A stretch of 64,000 nucleotides of DNA from an uncultured Gammaproteobacteria bacterium (GTDB taxonomy: Bacteria; Patescibacteriota; Patescibacteriia; JAHIZJ01), in the NCBI GenBank assembly GCA_964371245.1, contig CAYJKP010000001.1:187042-251041 (forward strand). The letters are read 5' to 3'. A program made the translations under genes and the position numbers. The first letter of the stretch is position 1, and every line of letters starts with the position of its first letter. The notes below the pieces were generated by a model. It ran no database searches. It saw nothing but the letters and a program-made list of their open reading frames with translations, and was not told where the DNA came from. Shown here piece after piece: positions 27,842-38,567 of the stretch.

Positions 27842-28369
27842 ATGACAGATCAGAAAAGCCAACCGGCACCGTCCGATAACCAGCCCAACGAGACAGCCCA
27901 AACCGAGGTTGAGCGCTTGCGGCAGCAGGCGGAGGAATATTTGAACGGTTGGAAACGGGCCAAGGCCGACTACGCCAATTTGCAGAAAGAAACGGAACGG
28001 CGGCAAAGCGAGTTTATCCAATTTGCCAATGCCGCATTAATCCACGAACTCTTACCGTTGGTCGATCATTTCAAGCAAGCATTTAAACATCTACCGGCGG
28101 AACTCAATGATTCCGAGTGGGTGAAGGGAATCCGACATATCCAGACGCATCTGAATAAAGTATTGGCTGAACACGGCATCCAGGAAATACGCACCAGCGG
28201 TGAAAAATTTGACCCGACGCGACACGAAGCGGTCGAGGAGGTCGAGAGCGATCAACCGGCCGGCACCATTATCGAAGAGCTGAAAACCGGATTCCTGCTG
28301 CACGATCGCGTGCTTCAGGCCGCCCGGGTGAAGATAGCGAAGTCTCATAAAGAAAAACATAATAATTAA
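27842..28369 (+). CDS. grpE: Nucleotide exchange factor GrpE
   Basis: RAKADYAN, LLPLVDHF, FDPTRHEAV, GFLLHDRVLQAARV. Confidence 0.95.
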   Translation: MTDQKSQPAPSDNQPNETAQTEVERLRQQAEEYLNGWKRAKADYANLQKETERRQSEFIQFANAALIHELLPLVDHFKQAFKHLPAELNDSEWVKGIRHIQTHLNKVLAEHGIQEIRTSGEKFDPTRHEAVEEVESDQPAGTIIEELKTGFLLHDRVLQAARVKIAKSHKEKHNN

Positions 28370-28387
28370 TCCAAGGAGAAAACACCT

Positions 28388-28819
28388 ATGGCAATGATTC
28401 GATGGCGTCCGCTGCTCGAGCCAGGCGATGACATGGAGCGCTGGCTGGAGGAATTTACGCCGTTCCACCGCGGTGCTTTTGTCCCGGCGATCGACGTCTA
28501 TCAGACAAAAGACGCCGTCGTGGTCGAAACCACCCTCGCGGGCGTCCGACCCGAAGACGTCAATATCTCGATTGAGAATGACATCATGACGATCGAGGGC
28601 AGCATGGAGAAAAAGAGCGAAGTTGAAGACCAGGAATATTATCGGAAGGAAATCCGCTCCGGCTCGTTCCACCGCTCCGTCGCCCTGCCGACATCGGTAA
28701 AAGGGGACAAGGCGCAGGCGGTCTATGACAACGGCGTTCTCAAGATCACTGTTCCGAAAGAAGAGCGCGTCAAGCCGAAGACGGTCAAGGTCCAGGTAAA
28801 ATCAAGCCCAAAGAAATAG
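28388..28819 (+). CDS. Hsp20/alpha-crystallin small heat-shock protein
   Basis: PAIDVYQT, GSFHRSVALP, AVYDNGVLKITVPK; AAGGAG upstream. Confidence 0.94.
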   Translation: MAMIRWRPLLEPGDDMERWLEEFTPFHRGAFVPAIDVYQTKDAVVVETTLAGVRPEDVNISIENDIMTIEGSMEKKSEVEDQEYYRKEIRSGSFHRSVALPTSVKGDKAQAVYDNGVLKITVPKEERVKPKTVKVQVKSSPKK

Positions 28820-28829
28820 TCGTTCAATA

Positions 28830-28865
28830 GCCCTTCCCGTTTCATGTTCTATGAAAGGGAGGGGC
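28830..28865 (+). other. Intercistronic stem-loop without U-tract
   Basis: GCCCTTCCC-G-TTTCAT GTTCT ATGAAA-GGGAGGGGC. Confidence 0.5.
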
Positions 28866-28893
28866 GACCGGATGATTATTAACAGCCAAGACA

Positions 28894-29082
28894 ATGAAAA
28901 AATCAACAGGCAGCTGGAAAAAAGAGCGGACCACCGGCCGCAAATACAGCCATTCGGACGCCCACCGAGAGCCGCGGGCCCGCACCCGGAGCAAAATCTG
29001 GGTATCTGGCTACAGCGTCAAAGGCGGCCAGATTGACGGGTATTTCCGGGCCAATCCCAATTTTAAAAAATCTGCGAAATAG
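28894..29082 (+). CDS. Small very basic hypothetical protein
   Basis: 62-aa ORF filling the hsp20-dnaK gap; WVSGY...GG.IDGYFR hairpin-like motif. Confidence 0.6.
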   Translation: MKKSTGSWKKERTTGRKYSHSDAHREPRARTRSKIWVSGYSVKGGQIDGYFRANPNFKKSAK

Positions 29083-29112
29083 CAGCTAACTAGCATTAAG
29101 GAGAATTAAGCA

Positions 29113-31005
<1,893 letters not shown>

Positions 31006-31020
31006 TTTAATTCCCATAAT

Positions 31021-31046
31021 GTAGGCGACCTTTAAAGGTCGCCTAC
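31021..31046. repeat. Perfect 26-bp GTAG-initiated palindrome (REP-like) downstream of dnaK
   Basis: GTAGGCGACCTTTAAAGGTCGCCTAC equals its own reverse complement. Confidence 0.85.
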
Positions 31047-31064
31047 GAGAGTGATTATCATCTT

Positions 31065-31139
31065 GTCACCCTGAACTTGTTTCAGGGTCTCCATAACCAC
31101 AAACGTAGTAATGAGATGCCGAAACGAGTTCGGCATGAC
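31065..31139. repeat. Inverted pair of 27-bp palindromic units (REP/RPE-like element)
   Basis: GTCACCCTGAACTTGTTTCAGGGTCTC (31065-31091) and GAGATGCCGAAACGAGTTCGGCATGAC (31113-31139). Confidence 0.8.
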
Positions 31140-31195
31140 AGTATCGTGATATTGATTCACGCGGTAAATACGAATGGTTAATTAACGAAATTATT

Positions 31196-31510
31196 ATGCC
31201 CAACCAACCCCAACCCAACCAACAGCCAAACTCCCGCCAGATCCAGATCAAGGTCACGGATGACGTGATGCGCGGTGTGTACGCGAACGCGATGTCCGTG
31301 GTACACTCAAAGGAGGAATTCACGCTCGACTTCATGAACATCTACCCGCACCAGGGCGCCGGGATCGTGACCGGCCGGATGATTATTTCACCGGGACACA
31401 TGAAGCGCATCCAGGCCGCGCTCCAGGACAATATCAAGAAATACGAGAACCAATTCGGCAAGATCGAGGAAGCCCAGGCGCCCGAACCGATGGGTTTCAA
31501 GACCGCCTAA
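31196..31510 (+). CDS. DUF3467-family protein
   Basis: GVYAN...HSKEEFTLDF, RMIISPGHMKR, NIKKYENQFGKI. Confidence 0.85.
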   Translation: MPNQPQPNQQPNSRQIQIKVTDDVMRGVYANAMSVVHSKEEFTLDFMNIYPHQGAGIVTGRMIISPGHMKRIQAALQDNIKKYENQFGKIEEAQAPEPMGFKTA

Positions 31511-31537
31511 ACGGGTAAATAACAAAAAAGTAAATCC

Positions 31538-32686
31538 ATGCGCACCCAAGAAATTGCGAAGTTGTCAGGCTTGAGCGCGGCGTCATTTATCGCGGCGCTG
31601 ATTGCCGGATTTCTGCTTGATAGCGTTTTTTCGAAACTCAACCTGACGCTGGCCGTCCCGTCAATCACGATAATTGTCAATTTTCTTCTGGCGCTTTTGT
31701 TCTACTTTTGGGCGATCGCGCTTTTCGGCATCCTGTCAGCATTGGAAAGTCAGCGATACTTTCTGCTCGGTCTATCATTCGGGTTGCCAGTGACGATTTT
31801 TATCGCCTTGGGCGTGAATCTATACACGGCCATCGGCGCGGGCCTGTTGTTTCTCGGTCTGATCCAATACGGTTTGAAGGTGCGGCAGGAACGTCAGGAG
31901 CGGCTGAAGGTCGGGATCAATAAATTTATTCGGCACGGCCTCGGGGCTTGTATTAGCACGCTGTTGCTGGCTATTTCTCTAAGCTTCTATGGCGCGATTG
32001 CCACCCAGGGATCCGAGCAGCTCGATCCGGTGGTTGTCACCTCGCGCATGGCGGCGAACGGACTGAACCAGTACTTGACGATGAAGCTGAAGGGGTATGA
32101 TCCGGACATGACCGTCGACGAGTTCGTTTTTCTCATTGTTACCCAAGATATCCAGCCGGCCAAGGAAGTAAGCGCCCAAACGGTCCCGGGTTTGCCGGCC
32201 GCTGACAAGGGCGATACGTTTTTCGGGATCGACATCAACGAGCTGACCAAGGACCTGCAAAATATCCCGATCGATGAAATAAAGCAAAAACTGCCGGCCG
32301 ATTATCTTGAGCGGATCCAGCAGGACCCAGCCTATGTCCAACAAATCTTTCAGACGTTCCAGAGCGATGTGATCGGCCAGCAAATCGCCATCTCAAGGGA
32401 TAATTTATTGAAGACGCTCCACGTCCAGGCCGAGGGAACGGATCCGATCGGCACGGTTTTGGAAAAGGTAATCGCGGTCCAGTTAAATGATTTGTTCCGG
32501 CCGTTCAAGTACTTGCTCCCGCCGATTTTGGCTCTGACCCTGTATTTCGCCTTGCAGATATTCGGCTTCATCTACAGCTGGATTGTCCATCTCTTCGCCA
32601 TGGTGGCGTATTATATTCTAAAATGGCTGAACTTCTTCCAGATCAAACGGGAAAAGAAAGACGCGGAAGTGATCAGTTTAAGCTAG
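31538..32686 (+). CDS. Hypothetical membrane protein
   Basis: About 5 N-terminal TM segments, a soluble helical loop, C-terminal TM segments; 3 nt before dnaJ. Confidence 0.75.
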   Translation: MRTQEIAKLSGLSAASFIAALIAGFLLDSVFSKLNLTLAVPSITIIVNFLLALLFYFWAIALFGILSALESQRYFLLGLSFGLPVTIFIALGVNLYTAIGAGLLFLGLIQYGLKVRQERQERLKVGINKFIRHGLGACISTLLLAISLSFYGAIATQGSEQLDPVVVTSRMAANGLNQYLTMKLKGYDPDMTVDEFVFLIVTQDIQPAKEVSAQTVPGLPAADKGDTFFGIDINELTKDLQNIPIDEIKQKLPADYLERIQQDPAYVQQIFQTFQSDVIGQQIAISRDNLLKTLHVQAEGTDPIGTVLEKVIAVQLNDLFRPFKYLLPPILALTLYFALQIFGFIYSWIVHLFAMVAYYILKWLNFFQIKREKKDAEVISLS

Positions 32687-32689
32687 CCT

Positions 32690-33784
32690 ATGTCAAAAGA
32701 TTATTATGAAATATTAGGCGTTTCGCGCGACGCTTCAGCGGCTGAAATAAAAGCCGCCTACCACAAACTAGCCCACCAGCACCATCCGGACAAAGCCGGT
32801 GGGGATGAAGCGAAATTCAAGGAAATCAACGAGGCGTACCAAGTACTCTCAAATTCCGAGAAGCGCCAGCGCTACGATCAATTCGGCCAGTCATTCGACG
32901 GGTCGCAAGGTTTTAATTGGCAGGATTTCGCCCAGGGCCAGAACGGTTCCGGCGGGTACCGGACAAACGTAAATTTTGAAGACCTGGGCTTCGGCGATTT
33001 GGGAGATATTTTCGGCAGCTTTTTCGGCGGCGGCGGCTCGCGCCGGACGCGGACGAAACGCGGCAATGATCTCGAAGTCAGCGTGACGCTGGATTTTAAG
33101 GAAGCTGTTTTCGGCACGACGCAGACATTGCGGCTCTATAAAACCGTGATCTGCGATCACTGTTCCGGTAACGGCGCTGAACCGGGCACAAAGATCGAAA
33201 CCTGCCCGACCTGCCATGGCGCCGGACAGGTCCAGCAGATACAGTCGACCGTGTTCGGACAATTCCGCACAGCGACGGTCTGCCCGGATTGCCGGGGCGA
33301 GGGCAAGCGCGCCAGCCAGAAGTGCAAGAAATGCCACGGCAGCGGAACCATGAAAGACCATGAATCGCTCGAGGTAAAGATACCGGCTGGAATCGCCGAT
33401 GGTCAGTCAATCCGCTTGTCCGGCCGTGGCGAAGCCGGCGCCCACGGCGGTGGGCTCGGCGATCTCTACATCCGGGTACGAGTCAGGGAGGACAAAGATT
33501 TTGCCCGCCAGGGCGATGACATACTCTCGACGCTCGAGATACCCTACACGATCGCTGCGCTGGGCGGCAAGGTCGACTTGCCGACAGTAGACGGCGAGGT
33601 CAGATTAACCATACCGTCCGGCACGCCGTCGGGTAAAGTGTTCCGCGTGCGCGATCACGGGGTTCATCGGCTCCACGGCCGCGGCCGGGGCGATCACCTC
33701 GTCACGGTCCACGTCCGGGTGCCAAAACACCTCTCGTCGCGGGCGAAGCAAATTCTCGAAGACCTGTCAGCGGAAGGGGAATAA
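32690..33784 (+). CDS. dnaJ: Chaperone DnaJ
   Basis: J domain with HPD, G/F-rich linker, four CxxCxGxG repeats. Confidence 0.98.
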   Translation: MSKDYYEILGVSRDASAAEIKAAYHKLAHQHHPDKAGGDEAKFKEINEAYQVLSNSEKRQRYDQFGQSFDGSQGFNWQDFAQGQNGSGGYRTNVNFEDLGFGDLGDIFGSFFGGGGSRRTRTKRGNDLEVSVTLDFKEAVFGTTQTLRLYKTVICDHCSGNGAEPGTKIETCPTCHGAGQVQQIQSTVFGQFRTATVCPDCRGEGKRASQKCKKCHGSGTMKDHESLEVKIPAGIADGQSIRLSGRGEAGAHGGGLGDLYIRVRVREDKDFARQGDDILSTLEIPYTIAALGGKVDLPTVDGEVRLTIPSGTPSGKVFRVRDHGVHRLHGRGRGDHLVTVHVRVPKHLSSRAKQILEDLSAEGE

Positions 33785-33846
33785 GGATTGTTGGCTTGGG
33801 TCGGCGGTGGTATACTGACAGCAAGCAGACAATTCAATAACAAACA

Positions 33847-34899
33847 ATGAAGACAATTTTTAGGACGTTGGCTTTTGCGCTCGTCATCATCATCGGCGCT
33901 TTTTTTGTTTTCGCGTATGCCCGCCGGGCTGATATTGCCGAGGTACAGGACAGCGATTTACGAAAAGATCAGCCAGTCGTGGCCGAGGCTGATAATGCCT
34001 ATCCACTCGTCGTAAAAATTCAGCCAGATATCACGATTTCACAGGATGATTTTAACTGGATCGAGTCAGTGTTAGCAGGCAAGGACTGGGACGAGAAACG
34101 GGTAAACGACATAATAATGTCTCAAGCTGTTGCGTTAAATGCCTTTGATAGCATCTCACAAAAAAGGGCATACCAATACAGCCAAGCCGATCTGGAAAAT
34201 GGCGGAGGCCTGCTCGGTCCCAGCCGCCGGATAGCCGATCTGGCGTTATTACGCGGCCTGCAACTCGAGAAAGAAGGCAAATTTAACGAAGCGTTCCAGC
34301 TCTCGGAGAAAGCATTGGCTTTCAGCCAGGCCGTCGTCGGTTCGAGCAATTCCCTGATTCAGTACATGGTTGGAGCGGTCATGAAAAAAACTGCCTTATC
34401 CAGGCTGCAAGTGCTGATAAACACAAACCAGTTATCCTACGAATTTTTAAATCAAGAAGCGGCGACGATCAGCAATTATCGTGACGACCTTCCCGGCCTA
34501 CAGGTGGGTTTGAGAGGCGAATATAGCCTTAGTGCCAGCTGGGCTGAGAGCGATCCAAACTTTGCCCGAGACGCGGGAATATTTCCAAAAATGTTTTATA
34601 CCCGAAGCTACTATTGGAAGCCAAAAATGACCTTGCAGCAAAAGGCGGAGCAAATGCGGATCATTATAAAAAACGTCGGTACTGCTTGCGGTAACAACCA
34701 TCGTGAATTTATCGTGCAGCCAGGCTTGTTTCCGGTTTCAAAGCTGTCGTACCCGTTTACTGAAAATCTCATTGGCCGGAAGCACGTCGATCTGATGGTC
34801 GACTCAATCAATCAAACCAGCCTGTATGACCGGCGCTGCGAAAACGAAGCGGCTTTTGACAATCTCCAGGCCATAATGATTCGACGGGCCGGTTCCTAG
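33847..34899 (+). CDS. Hypothetical exported / membrane-anchored helical protein
   Basis: N-terminal TM or signal; 350-aa ORF; TG-TATACT upstream. Confidence 0.7.
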   Translation: MKTIFRTLAFALVIIIGAFFVFAYARRADIAEVQDSDLRKDQPVVAEADNAYPLVVKIQPDITISQDDFNWIESVLAGKDWDEKRVNDIIMSQAVALNAFDSISQKRAYQYSQADLENGGGLLGPSRRIADLALLRGLQLEKEGKFNEAFQLSEKALAFSQAVVGSSNSLIQYMVGAVMKKTALSRLQVLINTNQLSYEFLNQEAATISNYRDDLPGLQVGLRGEYSLSASWAESDPNFARDAGIFPKMFYTRSYYWKPKMTLQQKAEQMRIIIKNVGTACGNNHREFIVQPGLFPVSKLSYPFTENLIGRKHVDLMVDSINQTSLYDRRCENEAAFDNLQAIMIRRAGS

Positions 34900-34905
34900 G
34901 AAGTA

Positions 34906-34935
34906 TTGACAAAAACCCAATAATAGGCATACAAT
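34906..34935 (+). promoter_or_regulatory. sigma70-type promoter, probably producing a leaderless mRNA
   Basis: TTGACA-N18-TACAAT ending 6 nt before ATG 34942. Confidence 0.6.
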
Positions 34936-34941
34936 AGGCGC

Positions 34942-35304
34942 ATGAACGGCCAGACAACCAACACTATAAATCCCGGCTGGCACAGCCGCTGGCACGCATT
35001 CCCGCATCACAACCAAGTGCATTGGCTGGCGTTGGCAGTGATTGTTTGGGCGATGGGTCTGGTGTTCATGGGGCAGATGGTGAGTTTAAAAAACTCCGAC
35101 AAACAATTGGCTCAGGCGGTTGTACTCGGCGAGCGGACATCGCGAACCGCACCAACTCCAAAAACGAATGCCATTCCGGAAGTAAAAGGCGAAACAACCG
35201 GGCCGACTGTAGACGACAGTTCAGCCAATCACGTGTTGCCGTCTGAAGTTAATAAGCAAGATTTTCAGCCGGCCAGGAACATGAATCAACATCTAAAGAA
35301 ATAA
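34942..35304 (+). CDS. Hypothetical single-pass membrane protein
   Basis: His/Trp-rich N-terminus (WHSRWHAFPHHNQVHW), one TM segment, disordered tail; short terminator near 35327-35349. Confidence 0.65.
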   Translation: MNGQTTNTINPGWHSRWHAFPHHNQVHWLALAVIVWAMGLVFMGQMVSLKNSDKQLAQAVVLGERTSRTAPTPKTNAIPEVKGETTGPTVDDSSANHVLPSEVNKQDFQPARNMNQHLKK

Positions 35305-35372
35305 ACGATTTCTTTCACTGCGACGTAAACCGCCCGGAGCGGTTTTTTTAGTTAAGGCTCAGTCACAAAGCA

Positions 35373-35401
35373 TTGACATTTATAAGATTTCGTGATACAT
35401 T
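35373..35401 (+). promoter_or_regulatory. sigma70-type promoter for the orphan gene at 35545
   Basis: TTGACA-N17-TACATT with extended TG. Confidence 0.65.
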
Positions 35402-35544
35402 GGCTAGCTTGTTTGGATCAGGAAAGGCCTGGTTGCGAACGAGCGCGTTCTCTAGCGAACGCTTCGGTAGTACGTCTGCCCTTCGGGAGACTCGTGCACG
35501 GCCCGCCAAGCTGCTGCATGGAGCGTACCGGGGTCGGAGGATTT

Positions 35545-36267
35545 ATGCGTGAATCTGATGTAACCACGGGACAGCTGGGGCAGTTCTTTGAGATCAGGGC
35601 GACGTTGGCTCGTTATGACATGCGTGGCCTGCATGATGCGTTTCAAACGTTGCTCGACGCCCACAAGGGTCGTTCCAACAGTCATCGAGTCAAACCGGCA
35701 TTTGCACTGTGGCAGCTCATGCGGCTGCCGGAGTATTCAGGCCCAAACAACTATTTCGACGATTATCTGGAATCGATCCCGGCGGACAAGCTAGTCGTCT
35801 CCAGCGCGCGGGAGCGGACCTTTCGTTACCGCGTACTCGTCGATCCCCGGTACCAGCTTCAGCACTTTCAGCAGCACGGATCCGTCAGCATAGAGACCGG
35901 CATGCTTCTTGATGCTGAGCACGTTACCGTCAGTCCAAAGCCGTATTGGATCGCTTGCGGGTTTGTGGATGCTACCGAGGCATTGCGGTATATCTCTGAA
36001 GCCGCTAAGGATGGTACGAGTCAATTGGTGCGGTCCATGACGGCACTGGAAGGGCTGGCCTGGTTCCGTCAATGCTGGTCGCGACCAACTCTGCCGACGA
36101 AGGAACGGAGATTTAGACTGGCTGGTTCGGTCGGCACGATGGCTGATCTCGAACGGCGTCCTACTGATCTGGTCATCTGCTATCCCAGGGTCAGCTTGGC
36201 TCTGGCCTCAAGGGAACTGAAGCGCCATCTCTGCGGCATTTGTCTGGTGGAACGTACGACCGCATAG
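35545..36267 (+). CDS. Hypothetical protein (orphan)
   Basis: GGAGG 4 nt before ATG 35545; 240 aa; own promoter and terminator. Confidence 0.65.
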   Translation: MRESDVTTGQLGQFFEIRATLARYDMRGLHDAFQTLLDAHKGRSNSHRVKPAFALWQLMRLPEYSGPNNYFDDYLESIPADKLVVSSARERTFRYRVLVDPRYQLQHFQQHGSVSIETGMLLDAEHVTVSPKPYWIACGFVDATEALRYISEAAKDGTSQLVRSMTALEGLAWFRQCWSRPTLPTKERRFRLAGSVGTMADLERRPTDLVICYPRVSLALASRELKRHLCGICLVERTTA

Positions 36268-36295
36268 TAGGGCGGTTTCTGGAACAATCTACTCT

Positions 36296-36331
36296 GGGTG
36301 GACTTACGTAAAGTAAGCCCACCGTTTTTTT
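36296..36331 (+). terminator. Intrinsic terminator
   Basis: GGTGGACTTAC GTAAA GTAAGCCCACC followed by a T-run. Confidence 0.75.
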
Positions 36332-36433
36332 ATTATGCAAAACTATAAAAACATGAGTGTTTGCGCATAAGTAAAATTTGTGCTATAATAATAAAGTCCG
36401 AAATATCCACCGTTATTATTTCAAACAAAAACA

Positions 36434-36997
36434 ATGATTTTTGCAGCCGCGGCCCAAGTTAACTCCTCATTTATCGCGAATATCGACTGGTCGAAACCAA
36501 GTTGGGATTTGTTCATCATACTGTTTTTTGTGGTCGCGGTGTTTCTGTACGGTTTATCGCTCGGCCGCGATCGCATCGTGGTCATCCTGGTCAGCATTTA
36601 CATGGCCTTGGCCGTGGTTACGACCGCGCCGTACATCGGTAATTTCTCAACTGAGGTAGGGGTCAATCAATTCTTCGTGGTCCGCATTTCGATGTTTCTA
36701 GGCGTCTTTATCCTGCTGTTCCTGCTTTTATCCCGTTCGGCGCTGCTTCAAACCATCGCGGCAGCCGATAAAAAGGGCGGCTTTTTCCAGATTATGGTTT
36801 TCAGTATTCTCCATGTCGGTTTGCTGATCAGCATCACTCTGTCGTTTCTTCCGCCCGATTCAATCAACGGCTTATCGCCGCTGACGCGGACGATTTTTGC
36901 CAGCGAGGTCGGCCGGTTCATTTGGATCGTGGCACCGATCGTGCTGATGATCCTGCTGAAGAGCGAGAAGGACAAGAAGTTCAAATACGACATCTAA
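36434..36997 (+). CDS. Hypothetical membrane protein (CvpA-like topology)
   Basis: About 5 TM segments; promoter TTGCGC-N17-TATAAT at 36361-36389. Confidence 0.75.
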   Translation: MIFAAAAQVNSSFIANIDWSKPSWDLFIILFFVVAVFLYGLSLGRDRIVVILVSIYMALAVVTTAPYIGNFSTEVGVNQFFVVRISMFLGVFILLFLLLSRSALLQTIAAADKKGGFFQIMVFSILHVGLLISITLSFLPPDSINGLSPLTRTIFASEVGRFIWIVAPIVLMILLKSEKDKKFKYDI

Positions 36998-37063
36998 GAA
37001 GAAGTTTAGAATATAGAATTCAGAAGGAAAAATTACTGTCGGTGACTGACGTCACCAATATAT

Positions 37064-37095
37064 AAAAAAATGGCCAAGAGGATGGCCGTTTTTTT
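37064..37095. terminator. Bidirectional terminator before the cysS stop
   Basis: A7-TGGCCA AGAGGA TGGCCG-T7 between convergent genes. Confidence 0.7.
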
Positions 37096-37105
37096 ATCTG
37101 ACCGT

Positions 37106-38479
37106 TTATTTGCGCTTCAGGCTCGGCCCGGTTGGCGTGTCCTTGATTGCAAAACCGGCCCGCTCTATTTTTTTCCGCAGCACGTCGGCTGTTTTCCAGT
37201 CCTGTTTTAACCGCGCTGTCTCTCGCTGTTTCGCTAAGTCGGATATTTCTGGTGGAATTACCTCGACCGTTTTTTTCAGCTGGTCTAGGCCGAGGCCAAG
37301 GATCGCGTCAAAGCGCAAAAGACTAGCGCGTTTCGCGGCCTCGGGGCAATTTGATTTCAGCATATCCCAGGTTATTGCCAAGCCTTGGGGCGTGTTTAAA
37401 TCGTCGTTGATCGCTGCCGCGAACGCCTCTTCGAAATCGGAGCAGCGCCCTTTGGCTGCGGGCATTTCCCTGACGCGATCGCGCAGCCGGTTCAAGGCGG
37501 TCTGGGCCGCGTCTAACCCATTCCAGGTGAAGTCGAGCTTGGCCCGGTAGTGAGCCAAGAGGCAATAGTATCGGAAAGCAATCGGATCATAGCCACCTTC
37601 TTTTAGCGAGTCGAGAGTAATGAAATTGCCGGTTGACTTAGCCATTTTGCCTTCATACAGCTGAAGGAAATCGCTATGCAGCCAGTATTTTACGAATGGT
37701 TTTCCGGTCGCGGCTTCGGACTGGGCGATCTCGTTCGTATGATGGACGGGAATATGGTCGACGCCACCGGCATGTATATCAAACGTTTCACCGAGATATT
37801 TCATGCTCATGGCCGAGCACTCGATATGCCAGCCAGGAAAACCGACGCCCCATGGGGACGGCCATTCCATCTGGCGCCGCGAGTTTTTCGGCGAAAACTT
37901 CCAGAGTGCGAAGTCCGTCGGATTTTTTTTGGCGCTATTCTTCTTTACCCGGGCGCCTTCTTTCAGTCCCTTGACATCGAGCCTGGCTAAATCGCCGTAG
38001 TGCGGAAATTTCGACGTGTCAAAGTAGACGCCGTCAGCGGTGGTATACGTAAAGCCCTTCTTTTCCAGCCGCTGGATCAGGGCGATTTGTTCCGGGATGT
38101 GTTCAGTGGCTTTCGCCCAAATTGTCGGCTCGAGGATATTTAGCTCGATGAGATTTTGTTTGAAGACCTTCGTGTAATATTCGGCGATTTCGGCAGCCGT
38201 TTTGCCTTCGCGTTTGGCGCCAAGTTCCATCTTGTCTTCGCCCTCGTCAGCGTCCGAGGTGAGGTGGCCGACATCGGTAATGTTCATGACGTGCCGAACC
38301 GAATATCCGTCAAAGAGCAGAACACGCTTCAAGACGTCTTCGAAGAGGTAGGTACGGAGATTTCCGATATGGGCGTAATTGTAGACGGTTAAGCCGCAGG
38401 TGTATAAACCAACCCGCTTTTTCGTAAGCGGTGTAAAGGCTTCTTTTTTTCGGGTCAGGGTATTGAAGAGTGTTAGCAT
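37106..38479 (-). CDS. cysS: Cysteine--tRNA ligase
   Basis: [38 protein letters not shown]. Confidence 0.97.
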   Translation of the reverse strand: MLTLFNTLTRKKEAFTPLTKKRVGLYTCGLTVYNYAHIGNLRTYLFEDVLKRVLLFDGYSVRHVMNITDVGHLTSDADEGEDKMELGAKREGKTAAEIAEYYTKVFKQNLIELNILEPTIWAKATEHIPEQIALIQRLEKKGFTYTTADGVYFDTSKFPHYGDLARLDVKGLKEGARVKKNSAKKNPTDFALWKFSPKNSRRQMEWPSPWGVGFPGWHIECSAMSMKYLGETFDIHAGGVDHIPVHHTNEIAQSEAATGKPFVKYWLHSDFLQLYEGKMAKSTGNFITLDSLKEGGYDPIAFRYYCLLAHYRAKLDFTWNGLDAAQTALNRLRDRVREMPAAKGRCSDFEEAFAAAINDDLNTPQGLAITWDMLKSNCPEAAKRASLLRFDAILGLGLDQLKKTVEVIPPEISDLAKQRETARLKQDWKTADVLRKKIERAGFAIKDTPTGPSLKRK

Positions 38480-38567
38480 CGCGCCTATAGTGTAGCAATT
38501 TTACGCTAATAAAAAAAGCCCCCTCGGCGAGGCGGCAAGATGCAAAGTCAACCGCAGGTGCCAGCGG

